A DNA stretch of 33,610 nt from a virus. Location: the IMG/VR virus record IMGVR_UViG_3300032240_001203, positions 1 to 33,610 of that record; one strand, written 5' to 3'. The position numbers were made by a program, and so were the translations under genes. Within the stretch, counting starts at the first letter, position 1; every line of letters starts with the position of its first letter. This document shows positions 15,888 to 21,815 of the stretch, piece by piece. Below the pieces are notes generated by a model that did no database searches, had not been told where the DNA came from, and worked only from the letters and a program-made list of their open reading frames with translations.

Positions 15888-16151
15888 CTACCTCTCAAAG
15901 CCCAATTCTAATTCGCTTGCATCCCTCAGCCAGAGTATCCCGTCCATCTGCCCTTTCTCGAACTCAGACCTTACTCCTCGCTCGATTGCGTCAGTTAGCC
16001 GTTCAGCTTCAGCATCCAGTACCTCTTTAAAAGCCCGTAAACCGTCCAGGAACGCTTTTTCAGCTATCATCCTATCTCTGATATGGGTCAGCCTCTTAAA
16101 GTGCGTCTGAGAGTATTCTGAGGCTTTAGCCCTTAGTGTCGTTTTGCTCAT
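15888..16151 (-). CDS. Hypothetical helical protein, 87 aa
   Basis: ORF at the end of the leftward operon; overlaps the upstream ORF by 26 nt. Confidence 0.55.
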   Translation of the reverse strand: MSKTTLRAKASEYSQTHFKRLTHIRDRMIAEKAFLDGLRAFKEVLDAEAERLTDAIERGVRSEFEKGQMDGILWLRDASELELGFER

Positions 16152-16323
16152 AGTATGTCCAATTTTCTAATGCTTGTTTTACGCCTTCAGTGATGGTGAC
16201 TTCTTCCTGCTCACAAACGCCCTTAAAGTCGTCCCATAGTTTTTCTAGAACGTAGGTGCAGACTTTTTTATGACCAAGAGTAGGTTTAGACCAAAAAGGA
16301 TTCTTTTTTCGTTTTGTCGCCAT
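16126..16323 (-). CDS. Small protein, 65 aa, possibly ribbon-helix-helix
   Basis: Basic N-terminus, then a strand-helix-helix-like pattern KKVCTYVLEKLWDDFKGVCEQEEVTITEGVKQALENW; weak call. Confidence 0.45.
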   Translation of the reverse strand: MATKRKKNPFWSKPTLGHKKVCTYVLEKLWDDFKGVCEQEEVTITEGVKQALENWTYYEQNDTKG

Positions 16324-16325
16324 GC

Positions 16326-17117
16326 TTACCCCTCAACAATACAAGATTGTAACCGATCAAGGCGTATAGGAGCGGTCCAGATACCGGTCTCCTCGTCGTA
16401 GGTAGCCATGCGCTCCCTTAGGTAGTCACTTGCCTTATCTTGCTGTTCTTGGCTTAGGTTGCGAATGTCATAACGAGTCTTAACCGCCTTATTGGCTTTA
16501 AGCGTACCTGACTCATCCTGTGATACAGGTTGAAACTGTAAGCCTATCACTCGCCCGTTCTTGGTCACTATTTCAGCGTCATCAGTAGCTTCTAGCTTTT
16601 GATTAACTTTCTCCTGATAACTCTGAGAGTAGGTGTCGGGCATCTCCTCTTGAGTGTATAAACCACCCAATTCGTTGATAAAAGCTTCACGAATTGCCAA
16701 GCTCTTAGCACACTTGGATAGCATGATGCTCGGCATCTGTTTCCAGATAGGGGATTGTTTCCCATACTCTGCAAGGTAGGCAATCGCCACCGAGGGAAAC
16801 CGTCGATCCTTTCGGTAAACCTTCGCCGTGGAACTGATGAGCGTCTTTCCATCCTCGGACCACTCGAAAGTTACTTCCATGCCATCGAAGTGTGGGTGTG
16901 AGTTGGCTATCTTTAGGAAGCCGTTGATCCCTGTCATGATCTGGAGTCTGCCACCCGCCTTGATCGCCCATATCTCTTTAGTGATCGGGTTTAAACCAGT
17001 GCTTTTGACCATCTCAGTAAACAGTAAAAATTCACTATCCGTGAGTCCTGGTGCTACCGTATGGCGCAAGGTATTGATCATATCGATGTGGTTAGTTGTG
17101 GTTAGTTCTTTACTCAT
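16326..17117 (-). CDS. bet: Lambda Bet-family single-strand annealing protein, 263 aa
   Basis: GLNPITKEIWA, GINGF, FDGMEV, VYRKDRRFP, W(K)QMPSIMLSKCAKSLAIREAF line up with lambda Bet (GLNPWTKEIYA, GVDGW, FDGMDF, IYRKDRNHP, PKRMLRHKAMIQCARLAF). Confidence 0.85.
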   Translation of the reverse strand: MSKELTTTNHIDMINTLRHTVAPGLTDSEFLLFTEMVKSTGLNPITKEIWAIKAGGRLQIMTGINGFLKIANSHPHFDGMEVTFEWSEDGKTLISSTAKVYRKDRRFPSVAIAYLAEYGKQSPIWKQMPSIMLSKCAKSLAIREAFINELGGLYTQEEMPDTYSQSYQEKVNQKLEATDDAEIVTKNGRVIGLQFQPVSQDESGTLKANKAVKTRYDIRNLSQEQQDKASDYLRERMATYDEETGIWTAPIRLDRLQSCIVEG

Positions 17118-17299
17118 ATTCCCTCTAATTTATTAAGCATTTTGTTTAATTGGTCATGTTGGGCTTGCGTTAGCCGGGGCGGGTATTGACAAACAAATAG
17201 GGGCATCTTGTCCCCTGCCTCGTTTAATCCTAGCGCCACCGCATAGCTAAACCCGTTTACTGTTAGCGTGTAGCCGTCAATGGTTTCCTCAAGCGTCAT
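17114..17299 (-). CDS. Hypothetical protein, 61 aa
   Basis: ATGA coupling to bet; ORF in the operon. Confidence 0.5.
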   Translation of the reverse strand: MTLEETIDGYTLTVNGFSYAVALGLNEAGDKMPLFVCQYPPRLTQAQHDQLNKMLNKLEGI

Positions 17300-17558
17300 G
17301 ATCGTTACCTACCCTTGGTTGACCCTCTGCTATCTGTACCTCGTACCAGAATACGGCTTGGTCGATTAGGTCTAGTAAGCTCTCGGGGTGCGTGTTCGTG
17401 TTGGCGGCTAGTTCACTCCATGCCCTAACCGAATCATCGCCGAATAACTCCCAACGGAGCCAGGGGCGAGTTTCATCGTGGCAAGCAGTGTCGACTACGA
17501 TATTAATCCCTTGGTGTTCCAGCACTAGCAACGTGCCGATCTCTTCTATGACATTCAT
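17289..17558 (-). CDS. Hypothetical acidic protein, 89 aa
   Basis: GAGGGTAATATT-ATG ribosome-binding context shared with neighbouring genes. Confidence 0.6.
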   Translation of the reverse strand: MNVIEEIGTLLVLEHQGINIVVDTACHDETRPWLRWELFGDDSVRAWSELAANTNTHPESLLDLIDQAVFWYEVQIAEGQPRVGNDHDA

Positions 17559-17630
17559 AATATTACCCTCGTAAATTGAGCCTGAATTGACTCACCCCGC
17601 CGTCTAACGTGAGGCGGTAGGGAAAGCCTA

Positions 17631-17738
17631 CTACAAGGCGAAGAATAGAATGGCTAGTGGATAGGCTAGAATGGCGAGCCCGATAAAGGACACGATCTCT
17701 AGCCAGAGGGGATCTGAGTGAACAATTTTGCTACGCAT
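17631..17738 (-). CDS. 35-aa hydrophobic micro-ORF (single predicted TM helix); below the ORF-track cutoff
   Basis: TAGGAGATATT-ATG, with the SD overlapping the upstream stop. Translation: MRSKIVHSDPLWLEIVSFIGLAILAYPLAILFFAL. It fills an otherwise unexplained 188-nt gap. Confidence 0.5.
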   Translation of the reverse strand: MRSKIVHSDPLWLEIVSFIGLAILAYPLAILFFAL

Positions 17739-17746
17739 AATATCTC

Positions 17747-18169
17747 CTAGTTGGTCCTGTAAACAAAGTATTGACCGCACTCGAATTCCTTACCATCGTA
17801 GGAGCTTATAAAGTGACCTCTACCATCGCTTGACATAGCGTCCCGCGCAAAGTGATCAAGGTCTTCGATCAATGCCTCGATGATAGGTAAGGCCGATTCG
17901 CACAACTCGCCTTGCATTTTTTCCAGCGCCTTAATGCACTCGGTGGAAAGCCCATTGCGGGTATGTGAGGCGATAAACGACGCGCTAAAAGCCCATAGGG
18001 TATCCTTGATATGCTCAACGCATCGTTCGTGTGCTTCCTCATCGGTCAAGACAAGGTATTCACGTGCGCCATGGAAAAACTCATTATTTGAGTACTTGCA
18101 AGGATTAATTTCGTCAGCGTCACAAGCAAGGTGTGCGGCTAATGCTTCGATTTTTGTTTGTGTTGTCAT
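17747..18169 (-). CDS. Hypothetical early protein, 140 aa
   Basis: AGAGGGTAT-ATG context; acidic, Cys-containing; no family that I can name with confidence. Confidence 0.65.
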   Translation of the reverse strand: MTTQTKIEALAAHLACDADEINPCKYSNNEFFHGAREYLVLTDEEAHERCVEHIKDTLWAFSASFIASHTRNGLSTECIKALEKMQGELCESALPIIEALIEDLDHFARDAMSSDGRGHFISSYDGKEFECGQYFVYRTN

Positions 18170-18220
18170 ATACCCTCTGTTGTTGGCTTAATTGCCTAGA
18201 CTTATATTCTCACACACACG

Positions 18221-18478
18221 CTAGCATGTCAAGTGGTTGATCACAGCATCGGGGTGAGCCGTTGCCATTCTTGCGATGGTCTCAGTGAGCGCCTTACTGT
18301 TGGCGGTGATTGCCTTGGGGAACGTGTAGCGGTCTAGGATGGCGTCTATGCCGTAGTCCATGACGTAGGCTACACCGTTCACCTCACGCTCCTGGAAACG
18401 CACTAGGACACACTGAACGCCTGCGATCTTGCGGCTACCCATGATTCGAATCGCTTCGATCTGTTTTCTTGTTTGCAT
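18221..18478 (-). CDS. Hypothetical early protein, 85 aa
   Basis: Preceded by repeat-element copy 1 and AGAGGGTAAT-ATG. Confidence 0.65.
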   Translation of the reverse strand: MQTRKQIEAIRIMGSRKIAGVQCVLVRFQEREVNGVAYVMDYGIDAILDRYTFPKAITANSKALTETIARMATAHPDAVINHLTC

Positions 18479-18480
18479 AT

Positions 18481-18549
18481 TACCCTCTTAATCATCGGCA
18501 CTATTACCGATTGATAGAACACCCTCGCAAGGGTGCTCCGGCAATCGTT
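18481..18549 (-). repeat. Intercistronic structured element, copy 1 (69 nt)
   Basis: 40 nt identical to 18834-18873, then a hairpin that co-varies with copy 2, then the shared gctccggcaatcgtt. Confidence 0.85.
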
Positions 18550-18582
18550 TCAATCGGGTACCCCGTGGGATACCCTGTAGGA

Positions 18583-18828
18583 TCAACCAACGATGTGAAA
18601 CTTTGATCGACCGATTCGAGCAATCTGGTTGATCTCGCTAGTGTCTAACTCACCGTTGAATTTAAATGCTTGCCACCGTATCAAGTCGGCGATATCTGCT
18701 AGAGTACAGTGTAAAGGTTCAAAGGCTTGTAACCCGTAGCCGTTGAACAAGTGTAAGTTCGTCTCGCTGAATGGTATATGCCGGACGTGCGCTAGTTCTA
18801 TCGCTTGTTTTAATTGTTGTTTGTCCAT
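18583..18828 (-). CDS. Hypothetical early protein, 81 aa
   Basis: Preceded by repeat-element copy 2 and AGAGGGTACAGAT-ATG. Confidence 0.65.
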   Translation of the reverse strand: MDKQQLKQAIELAHVRHIPFSETNLHLFNGYGLQAFEPLHCTLADIADLIRWQAFKFNGELDTSEINQIARIGRSKFHIVG

Positions 18829-18833
18829 ATCTG

Positions 18834-18900
18834 TACCCTCTTAATCATCGGCACTATTACCGATTGATAGAACGCCCCGTAGGGCGCTCCGGCAATCGTT
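18834..18900 (-). repeat. Intercistronic structured element, copy 2 (67 nt)
   Basis: See copy 1. It fills the whole gap between genes 18901-19152 and 18583-18828. Confidence 0.85.
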
Positions 18901-19152
18901 CTAGCGTGAAGCTACTGCCCACAAATCACCATCCTGCTCAAGGTTGTAACAAGTGCTACCCACCGTGACTGTGACATCTCGCAAGATTGCATCCCAAACT
19001 TCCCAGTAAAGCTCGTGCTCCGGACCGGCTATGAGCGCAGCCATATCCTCATCGTTGTGAACATGGTCGGGGTATCGCTTGGCAAAAATCTGAGGGATGT
19101 AAACCCCGTTGCACTCGTCGATTAGTAAAACTCTGTCTGCGTTGTTGAACAT
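18901..19152 (-). CDS. Hypothetical early protein, 83 aa (first gene of the leftward operon)
   Basis: AGAGGGTACAAC-ATG; acidic small protein. Confidence 0.65.
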   Translation of the reverse strand: MFNNADRVLLIDECNGVYIPQIFAKRYPDHVHNDEDMAALIAGPEHELYWEVWDAILRDVTVTVGSTCYNLEQDGDLWAVASR

Positions 19153-19197
19153 GTTGTACCCTCTTAAATCGGTGAGTCACTCTCACTCAATGATTAG

Positions 19198-19226
19198 AGT
19201 ATGACACGCTAGTGTGTATAGTGCAA
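19198..19226 (-). promoter_or_regulatory. Leftward early promoter candidate (TTGCAC-17 nt-CATACT) with a 14-bp near-palindrome in the spacer
   Basis: Minus-strand -35 at 19226-19221 and -10 at 19203-19198; ACACGCTAGTGTGT at 19204-19217. Confidence 0.3.
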
Positions 19227-19437
19227 CAGAAAAGCACAAACTATTTTCAATCGTAACTACCTAATAACATTAAGCGACGCAAAAAAAGTGAAGAAAAGTG
19301 CAAAAACAATTGAATAAAAACGAGTCTCAGATCGTCCGTTCGGAACTCAGAACGTGAGGCATCGCCGAACTCAACCTGAGCGATCAGCGAAGTATAAACA
19401 GATACAATCTGATACAACGATCATGTATGCTTAAAGG

Positions 19438-19722
19438 GTGAACAACTTAATAATAACACACAACATGATTCAGAAGCCCCTTACAGCCACTAGGATTCGC
19501 AGAGAACGGCGTACAGTAGGCGTGCTATACAGACTACTGAGGTCTAGGCTAGGCGTAACACAGACCGTTATGGGGGCTTTATTGGGCGTATCAAAAGACA
19601 CGATAGTGCAGAGGGAGCGCAACAAACGAGTCTATACCCTCGATGAACTATGCGAGCTGCAGAACGTAAGCGGTATGGGGGATGCAGAATGGTGGGCACT
19701 CATCAAAGAGGTAGCTAAGTAG
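19438..19722 (+). CDS. Cro/CI-type (XRE family) HTH regulator, 85-94 aa (start is GTG 19438 or ATG 19465)
   Basis: LRSRLGVTQTVMGALLGVSKDTIVQRERNKRVYTLDEL fits the XRE HTH pattern; divergent from the leftward early operon. Confidence 0.6.
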   Translation: MNNLIITHNMIQKPLTATRIRRERRTVGVLYRLLRSRLGVTQTVMGALLGVSKDTIVQRERNKRVYTLDELCELQNVSGMGDAEWWALIKEVAK

Positions 19723-19996
19723 TTGGTGCTAGGTAAGATCGTGGAGGGGGGTAGTGTACCCATCACACGATGATCATACGTAACATATTAATATCATTGG
19801 GCATACCTACCTAACGAGAACCAGAAAACTAATAAACTAACTTGGCAAAACGTAATCTTATCCATAACTTAGGCGCCAATTTCCCAGCTAGGCTCTCCTT
19901 TTTCGATCTCAATTTAAAACTGACGTCAATTGTCCACACCCCTACACCCCATCTCCCACATAAAAATCCTGATTTATCTATTCAAACATTGTTTCT

Positions 19997-20596
19997 ATGA
20001 GTCGAGAATTAACTGACAGAATCATGGCTGCGATTGATGCTGTAGCTGATAGAGTTGATTTTGGGACTGGTTTAAACGGAGGGTTACGTATGGGCGACGA
20101 TGAAAAATTTAAAAATCCTGAAGTTTTGAATGGGGATGTTTTGGTGGATTCAAACCTTCAAGCGGCGGAAACTGCTGTAGAGCCTGTGATTGTTAAGCAA
20201 CCGCCTAGGCGTAAGGATTACTCTAACCAGCGGTATGAAAAGGATGGTGAGACGAGTGCGATGGTTACTCGGCTAGCGAGGCTTGGGTTGAGCAAGACTG
20301 CGGTAGCTATAGCGGCTAGGCTTAGTCCCAATGAGCTAACAAAATGGTATGGCGAGGAGTATGCTGCTGGTCAGGCTGGTATGCAGGAGGTAGTTGCTAG
20401 GGGGTTGATGGAGCAGGCTATGGCTGGCAACCCTCAGGTGCTTATGTATTTGGGTAAGTCTAAGTTGGGATGGACTGAGGCGAATGTGGTTGAGCATGTT
20501 GGGACGGTAAACGCTGTTGTGAGTGCTAAGCCGTTGAGCCGTGAAGAGTTTGAGGCGAAATATCTGAATAACGATACGGATTCTGATGAGGAATGA
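19997..20596 (+). CDS. terS: Terminase small subunit, 199 aa
   Basis: HTH-like LARLGLSKTAVAIAARLSPNEL, followed by the AGNPQVLMYLGKSKLGWTE motif typical of small terminases; positioned upstream of terL. Confidence 0.6.
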   Translation: MSRELTDRIMAAIDAVADRVDFGTGLNGGLRMGDDEKFKNPEVLNGDVLVDSNLQAAETAVEPVIVKQPPRRKDYSNQRYEKDGETSAMVTRLARLGLSKTAVAIAARLSPNELTKWYGEEYAAGQAGMQEVVARGLMEQAMAGNPQVLMYLGKSKLGWTEANVVEHVGTVNAVVSAKPLSREEFEAKYLNNDTDSDEE

Positions 20597-20628
20597 TATA
20601 AGGCGTAGTGCCTAGAGGGTATGAGGGT

Positions 20629-20793
20629 ATGAAGGACAGATTAGTCTATTTTCGTTGTCCCAAGTGTAAGGATTTGGGGGTTCAAGTTACAAGCAATAAG
20701 TTTGTTGAGTGTGCCAAGCGTTGGTGTGGCTATAGGTTTTGCTATATCCGGCATCAGGTAAAGAAGGAGTATTACGACCGTGTTTGGGGATAA
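20629..20793 (+). CDS. Zinc-ribbon small protein, 54 aa
   Basis: The ATG at 20629 follows GAGGGT. CPKC ... C....C pattern. The track start at 20608 is GTG. Confidence 0.55.
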   Translation: MKDRLVYFRCPKCKDLGVQVTSNKFVECAKRWCGYRFCYIRHQVKKEYYDRVWG

Positions 20794-20795
20794 GT

Positions 20796-21224
20796 ATGAG
20801 CAAAACACCTGAAGAGTTGGCAGAGGAGTATATGGATCAAGATAAAATAGCTTGTGCCGCTATTAACCACGATGCTGAAGATCTTGTTGAAGCAGCCTTT
20901 CTCGCTGGCTACAAGGCGGCCCAAGCTGAGATTGAAGCGTACAAAGATGGCGCAAAAGATGTAGTAAAAAAGTTTAAGGAGTTGATAGCGGCAAAGGATC
21001 AGGTTGCTGACACCAGCAAGGTGATGCCTCAATGGATTAGCGTAAAGGATAGGCTGCCAAAGGCGGACGACTTCTGTTTGGTAAATACAGAATTTGATTG
21101 CATTAGAATTGCTCAATATGGATGGGAGTCATGGCGATTTAATGACGCTTACAGCAGCAGCGAACATCCAAAAAGCTATGTAACCCACTGGATGCCGCTA
21201 CCTAAGCCACCGGAGAGTAAATGA
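20796..21224 (+). CDS. DUF551-domain protein, 142 aa
   Basis: The C-terminus (WISVKDRLPK...VTHWMPLPKPPE) is the DUF551 signature. The ATG at 20796 lies 2 nt after the upstream TAA. Confidence 0.65.
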   Translation: MSKTPEELAEEYMDQDKIACAAINHDAEDLVEAAFLAGYKAAQAEIEAYKDGAKDVVKKFKELIAAKDQVADTSKVMPQWISVKDRLPKADDFCLVNTEFDCIRIAQYGWESWRFNDAYSSSEHPKSYVTHWMPLPKPPESK

Positions 21225-21523
21225 ACGACCAATCAGTACAAAACAGACTGTATTCTTACATTGTTTTAAACACTAGTGGCGATCAACAGCCTAAAGAGAT
21301 TTGGATTAACAGCGATAATTTTAAAGAGTTGTACGCAGAGTTAAAGGAAATACAACGTTACAATTCATTTGCTATACAAGCTCCATACGACAAACTATTG
21401 GCTGGTTTTAGAGCGGTATTATTTAGCGGTGCGGCAATTATCATAAATTCAAAAGCGCCACCTTTGCCAAAAACCTGCGAAGAAATGAAAGATTGGGTTA
21501 ATGTTCCTTTTAAGGAGAAATAA
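21221..21523 (+). CDS. Hypothetical protein, 100 aa
   Basis: ATGA coupling; ORF in the operon. Confidence 0.6.
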   Translation: MNDQSVQNRLYSYIVLNTSGDQQPKEIWINSDNFKELYAELKEIQRYNSFAIQAPYDKLLAGFRAVLFSGAAIIINSKAPPLPKTCEEMKDWVNVPFKEK

Positions 21524-21529
21524 TTTTAT

Positions 21530-21605
21530 TGAGGTGTAGTTCAGTTGGTAGAACAGGCGGCTGTTAACCGCCATGTCGCAGGTTCGAGACCTGCCACCTC
21601 AGCCA
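21530..21605 (+). tRNA. tRNA-Asn (anticodon GTT at 21563-21565), CCA encoded
   Basis: Hand-folded cloverleaf: acceptor TGAGGTG/CACCTCA, D stem GTTC/GAAC with a GG loop, anticodon stem GGCGG/CCGCC with loop CTGTTAA, T stem GCAGG/CCTGC with loop TTCGAGA, then G-CCA. Confidence 0.93.
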
Positions 21606-21614
21606 ATTAACATT

Positions 21615-21815
21615 ATGGGCATTGAGCATAGTTTCAAAGAATCAGAACATACCCGCAGATGCCCTTGGTGCAAGCATATCAGCACCGTATTCACTCAGGA
21701 TGGTAGAGACTACTATTTCTATTGCCAGAATCCTAAATGCTCCGTAGAGCGTATATATGGCGATAACGCAGTCATGACTACTGGCCATAAGGTTATAACT
21801 CAAACAGATGAGTGA
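21615..21815 (+). CDS. Zinc-ribbon small protein, 66 aa, overlapping the terL start by 8 nt
   Basis: CPWC ... C.NPKC. I moved the start to the first ATG outside the tRNA, because the track start at 21573 lies inside the tRNA T-arm. Confidence 0.5.
   Translation: MGIEHSFKESEHTRRCPWCKHISTVFTQDGRDYYFYCQNPKCSVERIYGDNAVMTTGHKVITQTDE

Noticed and set aside
17591-17625. Pseudoknot or terminator after the 35-aa micro-ORF (CCGCC/GGCGG and CTCAC/GTGAG)
   Set aside because: The two pairings cross, with loop lengths of 0 and 1 nt, which are sterically implausible for an H-type pseudoknot. No U-run follows. These are probably just alternative weak hairpins.
19934-19960. G-quadruplex on the minus strand of the C-rich block
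   Set aside because: There are only three runs of three or more G, plus one GG, so it does not meet the four-tract G3+ requirement. I kept it only as a repeat-motif observation.
21573-21614. Track start codon of ORF 21573-21815
   Set aside because: That ATG lies inside the variable-loop/T-arm region of the tRNA-Asn, so I moved the start to the first ATG after the tRNA (21615).
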